Part shown: piece after piece, positions 38,354-48,260 of the stretch
Position numbering within the stretch: position 1 is the stretch's first letter
Layout of the letters: each line of letters starts with the position of its first letter
Assembly: GCA_963668645.2 (NCBI GenBank)
Contig: CAXXWC010000021.1
Coordinates: 480,001-544,000, forward strand
Reading direction: 5' to 3'
Length of the DNA stretch: 64,000 nucleotides
DNA from: Desulfobacterales bacterium
GTDB taxonomy: Bacteria > Desulfobacterota > Desulfobacteria > Desulfobacterales > UBA2174
Translations under genes and position numbers: made by a program
Notes under the pieces: generated by a model
What the model was told of the DNA's origin: nothing
Databases searched by the model: none
The model's input: the letters and a program-made list of their open reading frames with translations, nothing else

Positions 38354-38920
38354 TCAATTGGACAGAACCCGCTCTCCAATTACTTTTGCCGGATTTCCGG
38401 CCACGATTTTCCAAGGCGCCACATCATGAACCACCACGGCGCCCGCTCCAACAATAGCGCCCTCTCCGATACGGACGCCCGGCCCCACAAAAGCATCCGC
38501 ACAAATCCAGGCCTGGGGGCCGATCTCAATGGGTAGACGCAGTAGTGGAAGTTTTGGGTCGCGATAATCGTGGGTGCCTGCGCAGAGATGGGCGCGATGT
38601 GAAATTGTGGCTCTATCACCGATCGTGACGGGGCCAAGATTGTAGACGAGCGCCCATTCACCGATACTGGCCGCCTCACCGATATTCAGATTCCAAGGCA
38701 AATAGATTAGCGCGCTGGGATAGATGTGGACGTGGGGACTTACCTGGGCGCCAAACAACCTGAGCAGAAATCGGCGCCAGCCAAATAAAGGCCGTGGGCA
38801 AAAACGAAAAAACGGAGTCATAAGCGACCAAACAATTCGAGCAGCGTACTCTCGCCGGCGATATGGTCGAGCTTTTCGGCATTCTGCTATATCGAGTTGA
38901 ACAGGGACTCTGCTTTCCAT
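38354..38920 (-). CDS. WcaF-like hexapeptide-repeat O-acetyltransferase
   Basis: WRRFLLRLFGA, PWNL, LCAGTHDY, AFVGPGV, VAGNPA. Confidence 0.9.
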   Translation of the reverse strand: MESRVPVQLDIAECRKARPYRRREYAARIVWSLMTPFFRFCPRPLFGWRRFLLRLFGAQVSPHVHIYPSALIYLPWNLNIGEAASIGEWALVYNLGPVTIGDRATISHRAHLCAGTHDYRDPKLPLLRLPIEIGPQAWICADAFVGPGVRIGEGAIVGAGAVVVHDVAPWKIVAGNPAKVIGERVLSN

Positions 38921-38931
38921 AGGGCAACCTA

Positions 38932-40147
38932 GTGTCATGTCACATATGTAATGTTGGGTAGAGTCTTTTGAGTTTAACTCGGGCGTCTCCGGTTTTGAAC
39001 TGCCAGTCGATCACTGCATTCCGCGTGTTCCGGCGGCATTGCCACGCCTCAACCTGGGCGGCAACAGCCTCGATGGACGGAATACGCCGATTGAGGCACT
39101 GGCGGATCAACACGTTCAACTCGATTTCCGCCATATTGAGCCAACTGCCATGCTTGGGTGTATAGACGAACTCAAAGCGATCCCACAGTTGCTTGGCCTC
39201 CTGTGGGGAGAAAGTCTCGTACAAAGATCCTGGTCTGTGCGTGTTGAGATTGTCCATCACCAATGTGATCTTCTCGGCATCCGGGTAGAAGCTGGCGATC
39301 TCGGCAACGAAGCGGGCCCAGTCTTGTTTGGTCTTCCTTTCCGTGATCTTGACCATCCGCTTTCCTGCCAATGGCTCGTTGGCCATGAAAACATTACACA
39401 CGCCGTGGCGTTTGTACTCGTAGTCGTATCGTGCCGGCCGACCCGGCGCGGCGGCAATGGGAGTCTTGACCTCGTCGATCAGCTGGCGAGGCGATTCGTC
39501 CATACAAACCACGGGGAAACGCCGATCGTATGGCCTTTTGTAGACGTCCAACACCATTTCCATCCGGGCTACGAAGTCGCCGTCCGCTTCCGGCGGGATG
39601 ACCCATCCGTCCCGTTTCCAAGGCTTGAGTTCGTTTTTTTTAACACCCGGCGCACAGTCTCGTATGATACGCTATCGACGCACTGCAGTTCCACGAGCCT
39701 GTCGGCCAGCAGACGCAACGACCACCTGCTATGTCCTTGTGGCGGCTCGCTGCAACTGAGCGCCACCAAGTGTGCTTCGAACTCACCGTCGGCTTTGCGT
39801 TCATACGCCCGCTGGCCCTTGTGGCCTTCAAGAGCGATCTCCAGACCCTCGTCAACGAACCGTTGCTTCACCCGGTGTATCTTCATCGCGCTCACATGCA
39901 AAACATCGGCGATGTCTTGCTCTTTTAGTCTGAGCGCTCTTCCGGTATCCTCGTCGCAGTTGAGCAGTATCAGGGCATTGAGAACCTTCTGGGAGTTGTG
40001 TTTCCCCTTCGCCAAGATGGCCTCAAGCTTTTCCCGTTCCTCCGACGTCAGCGATAATCGATACTTGATTTTTGGCATGGCGTGCCTCCTTTCTATGGAG
40101 AGGCATCATGCCATCCTTTATATAACATATCAAGCGTGACATGACAC
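38932..40147 (-). mobile_element. IS630-family insertion sequence
   Basis: Perfect 12-bp IRs GTGTCATGTCAC / GTGACATGACAC, TA duplicated (38930-31, 40148-49) in a CTAG target. Confidence 0.92.
38940..40078 (-). CDS. IS630 transposase, two ORFs joined by a probable -1 frameshift
   Basis: OrfA 40078-39569 (HTH, RWSLRLLA); A8 at 39641-39634 gives LKK/NELKPW; OrfB CMDE, MDNLNTH, HGSWLNMAEIE. Confidence 0.88.
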
Positions 40148-40245
40148 TAGTTATCGAGTCTTATGGCCGCCAAATTTACAACGTAATTGATTTATTTGTG
40201 GACACTATTTCCACATTTCTGTAGTCAGAGTTTGCGTAAAAATAG

Positions 40246-41019
40246 TCAGCGTTTGCGTAAAAAAATGAATAGGTTAGAATTCATCAGCGGCGGTAGCAGC
40301 CAGTTGGCGAACAACATTATCAGTAGAACAATCCGATTATTGAAAAAGTAACTTGGCTCAGCTTCGTAGCGATAGGTAAAATTCTCGAACTTTCCTACCG
40401 GGAACCACTTTTGCAAATCACTCTTGCTGTTCAGCTTGAAAAGCGTGGGAAAGACGTCTATCTCTTGGCGATTTGGCTGAACCCAGTTTAAGATTTTTGA
40501 ATGCCATGAATTGTGAATGATGCGTGAAACAAGTGAAACCAGACCATACTTATTTGGTGTTCGCGCGCAAATCCATCCTCCCGGCTTCAGGATACGCCGC
40601 AGCTCACTGCAAACCAAAGCTGGATTTGCAATGTGCTCAAAAACAAAATCCGAAACGATTATGTCGAAAATAGCATCTTCAAAGGGCAACGGCGCGTCAC
40701 CATCGATCACTATCGTCTCGTCTGCATCCGGATGGTTTAGCACTACTGCATCGACATCGCAGGCAACGAAGCGAGCAACCTTTCCCTTGATGGAGCGCAA
40801 CTCACGACGGAACACAACGGGATCGTGGCACAAAGCTGCACCACGCCCTGCTCCGAAATCCAGTACGTGCATTTCAGAACGAAGAAGTGCCTGAATTCGA
40901 CTATAATATTCAACAGTACCATCCAAGGCTGTAAAACCTCCCGCACCGACTTCAGGAAACAATGATGCCAGCACTTGATCTCTCCGCTGTCTTCCTCCAT
41001 TGATGTTAATCTCATCCAT
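40246..41019 (-). CDS. Class I SAM-dependent methyltransferase
   Basis: VLDFGAGRG, LPFEDAIFD, FEHI, RILKPGG. Confidence 0.88.
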   Translation of the reverse strand: MDEININGGRQRRDQVLASLFPEVGAGGFTALDGTVEYYSRIQALLRSEMHVLDFGAGRGAALCHDPVVFRRELRSIKGKVARFVACDVDAVVLNHPDADETIVIDGDAPLPFEDAIFDIIVSDFVFEHIANPALVCSELRRILKPGGWICARTPNKYGLVSLVSRIIHNSWHSKILNWVQPNRQEIDVFPTLFKLNSKSDLQKWFPVGKFENFTYRYEAEPSYFFNNRIVLLIMLFANWLLPPLMNSNLFIFLRKR

Positions 41020-41033
41020 TTGCCCCCCGATAA

Positions 41034-42260
41034 TTAATCGGTCATGACACAATCTGGTTTTTGCCCTTTTCCTATTAGCCATCGGTAGACACCAACGGTC
41101 CGCTGCGCAATAGAATCCCAGGCATACCTTTGCACATAAGTTTTACCACGTTCACCCATTTCTCGACGCTCTTCGTACGTAAGTGACATGGCCTGACGTA
41201 GCGCGTTGACTAAAGAATCAACGCCAATGTCTATCCACCAGCCACAGCGATAGGTTTCGAGATCAGCCCATGGTGCACCTTTGGTGGTGATTACTGGCAA
41301 GCCATGAGCCAAAGCTTCGGCCACAACGACGCCGAAGTTTTCTGAAAAGGTAGGAAGCACGAAAAGATCCGCATTCCTGTATAGCGCCGTCTTTTCCTGG
41401 TCATCGACAGCGCCGACAAATTCAAAGTGCTTAATCAAATCCTTTGCTTGCAACCTTGCCTCAACCTCTGCACGGTGTTTACCTTCGTCGGGTCCGGCGA
41501 TCACCATGCGCCAACCGGCAGGGCGCACAATGCTCCAGGCATCAACAAGCTCCAGGAGGCCTTTTTTAGGATGAATTCGACTGAGAAAAAGGGCTATGCG
41601 GGAATCCGACGAAACATCCTCTGCACTGAGCACAGGTCTAAAAGCTTCTGGCGCCTCACCCATCTCGGGCAACTCGACGCCATTTGGTATCAAGGCGATG
41701 GGTTGGCGAAGTCCCAAACGTCGCAGATTATCTGCCTCCTGGTCGGATGTCGCGTGCAAGACATACGCCGAACGCAGATCTTGTTGCTGGTAGAGCCGCC
41801 ACGCCATGCGTTTTTTCCATACGCGATGATTCAACGCCCAAGGTTCCAACATGCCACGTGGACTGATAATTAGCGGTAATCCGAACTGGCGCGCCACCGA
41901 CGCCGCGACGTGATTGGACGGCAACCAGAGCCCGTGGTCATGGATCAGGAGGGATTTTCGCTTCCCGCAGGGTTCACGAAGCATCGCCCGAAAATTAGGG
42001 TGCCAAAGAAGCTCGATGACAGGCAAGCGGCGGGCAGGCGCCAGCGTTGTCGTCACCCATTCGGCCGGCGGAATCAGGTTCGCCTCATCGACGGAACCCG
42101 TCTCTCCTTGGCTGAGCAGGTCGACTTCCACCCCCAGGCGACCAAGCTCACGGCAGAGCGATGTCACGGTGCGCGTGGGGCCGCCAGCGCTTTTGCGCAG
42201 TGAGGCGATCGTGTGAATTACGCGCAGATTGGACCCTGCCTGTTCACTGCGCTGCAACAT
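41034..42260 (-). CDS. GT4 glycosyltransferase
   Basis: SPRGML, FLSRIHPKKG, ENFGVVVAEALAHG. Confidence 0.92.
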   Translation of the reverse strand: MLQRSEQAGSNLRVIHTIASLRKSAGGPTRTVTSLCRELGRLGVEVDLLSQGETGSVDEANLIPPAEWVTTTLAPARRLPVIELLWHPNFRAMLREPCGKRKSLLIHDHGLWLPSNHVAASVARQFGLPLIISPRGMLEPWALNHRVWKKRMAWRLYQQQDLRSAYVLHATSDQEADNLRRLGLRQPIALIPNGVELPEMGEAPEAFRPVLSAEDVSSDSRIALFLSRIHPKKGLLELVDAWSIVRPAGWRMVIAGPDEGKHRAEVEARLQAKDLIKHFEFVGAVDDQEKTALYRNADLFVLPTFSENFGVVVAEALAHGLPVITTKGAPWADLETYRCGWWIDIGVDSLVNALRQAMSLTYEERREMGERGKTYVQRYAWDSIAQRTVGVYRWLIGKGQKPDCVMTD

Positions 42261-44163
42261 TGTGATCCAGCCAGGCACCAAACACGCCCAGGGTCCAGGC
42301 CCGCGACCAGGTCGGCCCTACCTTGTCTCCCAGAAAATCCCGCCACACCTGCCGCACAGATCCTGCATCCACAAGACCGGATCCTGAAACCTTATCGATC
42401 AAATGCTCGAAGTGCGGTCGCAGCGGCCCGGCCATCCAGGCCGCTTGTGGTAGGCTGAAACCTCGTTTTGCTAAACCCTGGATCATTGGATTCAGTTGCC
42501 TGGCCATGGCATCCGCGAGAAGAGGTTTGTTCTGTTTGCCGCGCGGGGTCCGCCAAGTCCCCGGCAAGGCAAAAACGAAATCCAGCAAGCCCCGATCCAA
42601 CAGGGGCACACGGATTTCCAGCCCATGCGCCATGCCGAAAACGTCCGCATCCCGAAGCAGCATGTTACCCATGTAGAAGCGGCTCTCCAGCACGCTGATG
42701 GCGCCCTGTGAATCAAGAGCGCCAAGGTTGGCATCAGGTTCGCTCTCTGGGGGCAAAAAGTCCTCATCCAGCCCCAGTGACTCTGCCGAAATCCCGAAAG
42801 CTTCAAGTTCTAGGTCAGAAAACAGCCGGCGGCGACGAAAGTACAGGTGGCGAAGGGTGGGCGATGCTGTGGCCAGTTCCATCGCCTTTTGACGTTGCGC
42901 TTTGGATCGCCCGAAAAAAGCCAGGGCGGCCGCCTTTTGCCGCACCCGGGGTGAAATCGAGGAGAGCCTCGACAACCACCTTGCCAATTGCGGTACTTGC
43001 CGGAAAGACGGATAGCCGCCGAACAGTTCGTCGCCGCCGAGCCCCGATAAGGCGACTTTGATACCCTGCGCCCGAACGGTGCCGGCAATGATGTAAGAAT
43101 TTAATCCGTCGAGGGTCGGCTGATCGACGGCATCCAGGTAGCGCTGTGTCTGCCTGAGCGCCTCGGTCTCATTGATGGCGATCGGATGATGCTCAACACC
43201 GATCAAGCGGGCCGTTTCCGAGGCGATCGGGCCTTCGTCGATGGCCCGGTGCTCGGCGAAACCCACAGTGAAGGTCCGCACATTATCGTAGTGGCCGGCA
43301 GCCAGGGTGGCCAGGATACTGCTGTCGAGCCCGCTGGACAGGAAGATTCCAAGGGGCACGTCGCTCATCAAATGAGAGCGCACCGCCGCAGACAAATTCT
43401 GGCGCAAAGGGGCCAGAGCCTGCTGATAGTCGGTGCCGCTTTGTGTAGCAGGGAACCGCCAATAGGGCTTTCTAGACGACAGCCTGGTGGTACCCGCCGG
43501 CATGCCCAGATCCAACTCCGCCCAGGTGCCGGGCTCCAGAAGAAGCACATCCCTGTACATGGTCAAAGGCTGTTGAACCGCTCCATAAGCCAATAGTCCG
43601 GCTAAGGCACGCTGGTCGATGCGCCGTTCGAACAACCCGCCGGCAGCCAGAGCGCGCAACTCGGAAGCGAACGCAAGTCCCCATGACCCCCGGCAGTAGT
43701 AGAGCGGTTTGATTCCAAGCGGGTCGCGCGCCAGAACCAATCGCTGTTTTTCACGGTCGTAGAGCCCGAGGGCAAACATCCCGTGCAAGCGATCGAAGCA
43801 GTCCGTTCCCCATTTTGCGTAAGCGTACAACACCGCCTCTGTATCGCAGCGGCTGCGAAAGCGCGCCCCTTGCGCCTCCAACTCACCACGCAATCGCGGG
43901 TAATTGTATATTTCGCCATTGAAGACGATCCAATCGCCGGTGTCAGGATTCACCATGGGCTGGTGGCCGGCGGATGATAGATCCAAAATGGAAAGCCGGC
44001 GCTGCCCAAGAGCTAAGGCGCCACCCGGCACTGCTAAACACTCGATCCCCTCGTCGTCCGGTCCACGATGGGCCATCGCTTGAATCATGGACCGCATCGA
44101 TCCAGAAAGACTTTCTTTCTTTCCCTCAAGGCGCTCTCCAAAAATCCCTGCAATGCCGCACAC
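42244..44163 (-). CDS. asnB: Asparagine synthase-family glutamine amidotransferase (probable polysaccharide amidation)
   Basis: GTG start giving N-terminal CGIAG, HRGPD, FNGEIYN, LSSGLDSS, GGDELFGGY. Confidence 0.92.
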   Translation of the reverse strand: MCGIAGIFGERLEGKKESLSGSMRSMIQAMAHRGPDDEGIECLAVPGGALALGQRRLSILDLSSAGHQPMVNPDTGDWIVFNGEIYNYPRLRGELEAQGARFRSRCDTEAVLYAYAKWGTDCFDRLHGMFALGLYDREKQRLVLARDPLGIKPLYYCRGSWGLAFASELRALAAGGLFERRIDQRALAGLLAYGAVQQPLTMYRDVLLLEPGTWAELDLGMPAGTTRLSSRKPYWRFPATQSGTDYQQALAPLRQNLSAAVRSHLMSDVPLGIFLSSGLDSSILATLAAGHYDNVRTFTVGFAEHRAIDEGPIASETARLIGVEHHPIAINETEALRQTQRYLDAVDQPTLDGLNSYIIAGTVRAQGIKVALSGLGGDELFGGYPSFRQVPQLARWLSRLSSISPRVRQKAAALAFFGRSKAQRQKAMELATASPTLRHLYFRRRRLFSDLELEAFGISAESLGLDEDFLPPESEPDANLGALDSQGAISVLESRFYMGNMLLRDADVFGMAHGLEIRVPLLDRGLLDFVFALPGTWRTPRGKQNKPLLADAMARQLNPMIQGLAKRGFSLPQAAWMAGPLRPHFEHLIDKVSGSGLVDAGSVRQVWRDFLGDKVGPTWSRAWTLGVFGAWLDHNVAAQ

Positions 44164-44164
44164 G

Positions 44165-45379
44165 TCAGGATGCTCCGGCGGATAGAGGGCGACATTCCAC
44201 CAAAATCTCCCGGCAAGCGCCGTAAACCGCCTCCACCGGGATGCGCAGCAGGCATTCATTTCGGCGTTCGATACATTCGATCAACTGGCAGCCTGCACAA
44301 TCGATGTCACTGCGCAGCGTCCGATGTCCTGCACCATAGGGGTTCCAGCGTCCTGGTGGCTCACGGGAAGAAAAGATGCCAACACAAAGGGTGCCGGCAG
44401 CCGCAGCAAGGTGCATGGTGCCGGTATCATTTCCAACGTATAAACGACAGTGTTGCAGACCGATTGCCGAAACGCGCACACCAAGGGCACCGGCAGCCAC
44501 GAAGCCGCGGCCCCAAGCTCTGACTAGCTGGTTGCCAAGTGATGCATCTTCAGGCCCGCCAAACACGACCGGCCAGACATCGAAAGTTTCGATTAAATGC
44601 CTGATCAGTGCTTCAAACCGCTCGACAGGCCAGACCTTGGCCGGCATTTTCGAACCAGGTCCGATGCCGACCCAAAGTCGGCCTCCGTCTGGGGCTTGGG
44701 TGCTGCGCCACTGTTCAAAGGCTTCAAATTCGGTGGGCTGGAGGTTCAAATCGATGTTCCCACAACCTGGCGGCGGCACCGGAATTCCGGCAGCGGCGAT
44801 CCGGCCCAGCAGCTCATCGGCTCGATTTCGAACGGTCGCAATGGCCAGGCCGCGCGAAGTCGGGCGCTCCTCCAGACCCTCCATTCCGATAAAGTGCCTA
44901 ATCCCCGCCATGCGAAAGAACCATCGATAGCGTGCGATCCGCGGATCTTGCCGATACACTTCCGGAAAGTAGGCTAGGGTATCGAATCCTTTACGACGCA
45001 GGACAGAAAGCAAAGACAATCTGCTCGCAAAATTTTTCAGGCGGTACAAGGTACCGTGATGAACTGTGTAACTAAGGGTGCGATCGATCAAGCCCGAACC
45101 TGCAAGGACTTCTTTTGCCAAAACATAGCCAGAACCGGCCTGGACATCGCCCAACATTACCAATTCAGCGTGAGAAAAGTGTTCACGCAAGACGCGCACC
45201 GATGGCACCACCAGCAAGGTGTCGCCTAAAGACCCGGTGCTAAAAATCAGGAGGTGACGGGGTGTCTGGGAACTCTTATCTCGGCTCGTGTTGGTCCTAT
45301 TCATCGACCGGCTGCAATAACCCACTGTGTTCAAGCGGGTCTGTCTCGGTGATGAATTCATAGCATTAAATACCTTCAC
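44165..45379 (-). CDS. GT9 glycosyltransferase (heptosyltransferase family)
   Basis: SLGDTLL, PGS...KVWP, VGNDTGTMHLAAA, Cys-rich C-terminus; start uncertain. Confidence 0.85.
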   Translation of the reverse strand: MKVFNAMNSSPRQTRLNTVGYCSRSMNRTNTSRDKSSQTPRHLLIFSTGSLGDTLLVVPSVRVLREHFSHAELVMLGDVQAGSGYVLAKEVLAGSGLIDRTLSYTVHHGTLYRLKNFASRLSLLSVLRRKGFDTLAYFPEVYRQDPRIARYRWFFRMAGIRHFIGMEGLEERPTSRGLAIATVRNRADELLGRIAAAGIPVPPPGCGNIDLNLQPTEFEAFEQWRSTQAPDGGRLWVGIGPGSKMPAKVWPVERFEALIRHLIETFDVWPVVFGGPEDASLGNQLVRAWGRGFVAAGALGVRVSAIGLQHCRLYVGNDTGTMHLAAAAGTLCVGIFSSREPPGRWNPYGAGHRTLRSDIDCAGCQLIECIERRNECLLRIPVEAVYGACREILVECRPLSAGAS

Positions 45380-45525
45380 GCGCGGTCATTTCCTTTGAGA
45401 TAATGGAATGTCATGACTATCCAGATTGAGGATAAATGCCTGAGGTGATAGTTCGAGAACGGGTACTATCACTGGCATGAAAACATCAACTCTACTCCCC
45501 ATTTGAGACAAGTCTGTCGATCGAA

Positions 45526-47004
45526 TCAGCTTGGACGATCTTCAAGCCATTGCCTTTCTGGATCAGGGCGACGATAACCATTCCGTTTTTGGGGTAATCT
45601 TCCGGCAACGGCCTTTGCAATCCAGTAAACAGGATAGAGATAAGCAAGCGTAAGGACGGGAGCCACAAATACCGCTACGGGCCAGCTTTCGTTGAATTTC
45701 AGCGCATAGGGTATCAACGTGTAAGAAAACAAGCTGATAAAGAGCGTACCACCCATCATTGCAGACAAGCGCTGTGTGCCGACGATAAAAATCCCAGAGG
45801 CTATGGATCCGAGAACCAGGGCTAACCAGCCTCCACCCAAATAAAAAGATGGAAACAGACCAGACCCGACCGAGGTATCACCAGTATCGATTTTTGGCCC
45901 GAAAATCATTTTCCCATACTCCCATCCGGTCCGGTATACCGGCTTTTCAGGCCAAAATATTCTTGGGATCAATACAGTAAAGATAGGCGAAAACATCATC
46001 TCTGGTTCGAGTTGTTTTTCGTCGGCCCAAACGATAGCCCAGGGTTGAAAGGCACTTGCGTTTGCACGAGAGGCGAACTGCCTGAAAGCGCCCTTTCTGT
46101 TAACTCGATCTTCAGCGGCAGACAGGGCATCAATATAGCCCGGAATTGCGCTGGCAAGTGAAAATTCGCGCCCCTGATCCCAATAACTAAAACGAACGAA
46201 GTTCGAAAAGGTGGTAACGAAGAAAATGAGAACAAGAACACCGGCCATTACTGTCATCCTGTGACCGATCCCGCGCATCATTGGCAATGCTACTAATAGA
46301 ATCGGCAACAATGCCACAATCATCCCCTCTTTCATTCCACTAAGGGATAGTACAAAAACTGGTAGTGTAAGAACGACGGCATCCTTGAGTTTGGCTGCGC
46401 CTGTTTTACGCTGAATAGCCAAGAAAAAGACGCAAGCCGCCGCCAGATAATTCATTGTAACCCCAAACATGCGAATAAACTCCAAACCTTGCCCGAACAA
46501 ACGCATTAAGATAACAATCGCTATTGAAATTATATAGTTGACAACAAGTATCGCCCTGGTTTTTTGAGATCTTAGAGATTCGATCGGGGGAATAAAATAA
46601 AGAAATCCACCGGTGGATATCCAGGTAATGACGACTAGAAAAGTGCCAAGAACCGTAACAAGCTCAGCCTTTAAAAAAGCTGCTTCTGGATGTGCTGTAA
46701 AGATAGGCCACTTCCAAAGCGCATCGCCCTGTAAATACCAGTCTATGACAGAGAAAACCCTCGTAAGTACAAATACAATCAACACGCAAGCCGCGAAACT
46801 GAGATAGCGTGTAGTTCGCTCGGGCCAAGCGAATCGGAGCCAAAATACCATTCCGGATAGCCCGGATCCGATTAAAAGCACATAAACCCAAAGTATAGAA
46901 GTATCTTCACGTAACAAAAACGCTAAAATAAGCGTTACGCTAAAAAGCACTGTCGCCCTTCCTGTTGTGCCCAGCAAACTTCGCTTCAAAGCAATATGTT
47001 TCAT
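45526..47004 (-). CDS. Multi-TM protein, probable Wzy polymerase
   Basis: About 11 hydrophobic segments, IPRIFWPEKP motif, lower GC, position among GTs. Confidence 0.65.
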   Translation of the reverse strand: MKHIALKRSLLGTTGRATVLFSVTLILAFLLREDTSILWVYVLLIGSGLSGMVFWLRFAWPERTTRYLSFAACVLIVFVLTRVFSVIDWYLQGDALWKWPIFTAHPEAAFLKAELVTVLGTFLVVITWISTGGFLYFIPPIESLRSQKTRAILVVNYIISIAIVILMRLFGQGLEFIRMFGVTMNYLAAACVFFLAIQRKTGAAKLKDAVVLTLPVFVLSLSGMKEGMIVALLPILLVALPMMRGIGHRMTVMAGVLVLIFFVTTFSNFVRFSYWDQGREFSLASAIPGYIDALSAAEDRVNRKGAFRQFASRANASAFQPWAIVWADEKQLEPEMMFSPIFTVLIPRIFWPEKPVYRTGWEYGKMIFGPKIDTGDTSVGSGLFPSFYLGGGWLALVLGSIASGIFIVGTQRLSAMMGGTLFISLFSYTLIPYALKFNESWPVAVFVAPVLTLAYLYPVYWIAKAVAGRLPQKRNGYRRPDPERQWLEDRPS

Positions 47005-48260
47005 TCTCTGGTATCTACCCCATTAACAAGTTGGACCTGCAAATCACTCTCTATTGGATTAGCAATAGTATTACCGTATAATCGACACGCCCGCTCATAG
47101 GCAATCAATTTTGCCTGTAGATCTATGCTCATTGGCTGCCAACGACCACGCCTCCCACTCAGTCGATTTATTACTGCTACACGTAGTGATCGATATCGAC
47201 GGACTTCAGGCTCAATAAGCGACCAATAGCGAGACGGAAACCTCAGGCGCCTGTCAGCGCCAAGCCAAGATGCATACCATTGTTCAGCGCACTTGAACAG
47301 ATCTCGCAGGGCAACCGCGTCGAGCCATCGATCGCCACTCGTGAGGCCCCAAATCAGACTCCTCAAACGCTCTTGGTCGATCTCCGATGAGTTCAATTCG
47401 TCGAGTAACGCCCAATAATGCTCCCGAGGTGCCACCATCCAGTCGAATGAGTTGTTGGCTGGGGCCCAAATCATGTCGGGGATGTCGCGGAGGATGAGGA
47501 TTTCGCATCCCGCCATACTCGCCAACCATAGCTGCGTACCATGGTCGACCATGATGGCATAGTGCCGCCGCCGACTGAGCCAAAAGAAACGATGCAGAAA
47601 GGCAGGGTCATGACGATTGCCGGCCGTCACAACATTAAATCCATGACTCTGAAAGGTGGCTATCATCGACTCGGAAACGTCGTTTGAATGGAGGCAGACA
47701 TCGATCGGTGCATAGTCCGCCGGAAGGGCTTGGAGACGCTTGATAGTTAGACCGAGCGGTATGCGCGGTTGCGGCTGTCCTAACGTGTGTGGCAGAAAAA
47801 AGACACTTCCCTCCGGCTTCAATTTTGCTGCTGCCGTTTCATGGTGCCGAACGATGTAATGAAAAGGATGCGGGGCCACGAGGACATGTTTCCATCCTCC
47901 GAGGACCCGTTCAAGGTTTGCCCGGTCGGGCTCGTTATGCACAAAAATCGCCGGCACGGAGCGAAAACCGGCCTCGCTGGTTTTGTACCAGTGGTCGGCC
48001 ATCCCGATAAACATTGCGTGCAACGTATTGATATGCGGGCGATACCCTGTGGGCAAACCGGCCGCCTCCACGTAGATGTCCATCAAGCCGTAACCGGTGT
48101 CCGAGCGCCAGTCGCGCTTGGGCGGCGGACGCCGTACGAGGTCTAGGATATTCACCCACTCTTCGCAACATTGCGCCAGGCTGATTGACGTGCGTAAAAG
48201 GGGGCCAGAGATTGCTGTCCCTGAGCTTTGTATAGTTGAATCGGTCATACCTTGAATCAT
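47001..48260 (-). CDS. Hypothetical protein, possible glycosyltransferase
   Basis: Long ORF overlapping both neighbours; FFLPHT, VCLHSND, GFNVVTAG segments; start uncertain. Confidence 0.6.
   Translation of the reverse strand: MIQGMTDSTIQSSGTAISGPLLRTSISLAQCCEEWVNILDLVRRPPPKRDWRSDTGYGLMDIYVEAAGLPTGYRPHINTLHAMFIGMADHWYKTSEAGFRSVPAIFVHNEPDRANLERVLGGWKHVLVAPHPFHYIVRHHETAAAKLKPEGSVFFLPHTLGQPQPRIPLGLTIKRLQALPADYAPIDVCLHSNDVSESMIATFQSHGFNVVTAGNRHDPAFLHRFFWLSRRRHYAIMVDHGTQLWLASMAGCEILILRDIPDMIWAPANNSFDWMVAPREHYWALLDELNSSEIDQERLRSLIWGLTSGDRWLDAVALRDLFKCAEQWYASWLGADRRLRFPSRYWSLIEPEVRRYRSLRVAVINRLSGRRGRWQPMSIDLQAKLIAYERACRLYGNTIANPIESDLQVQLVNGVDTRE

Noticed and set aside
39569..39650. Frame breaks in the IS630 and IS3 transposases as pseudogenisation
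   Set aside because: Both coincide with A-rich slippery sites typical of programmed -1 frameshifting in these families
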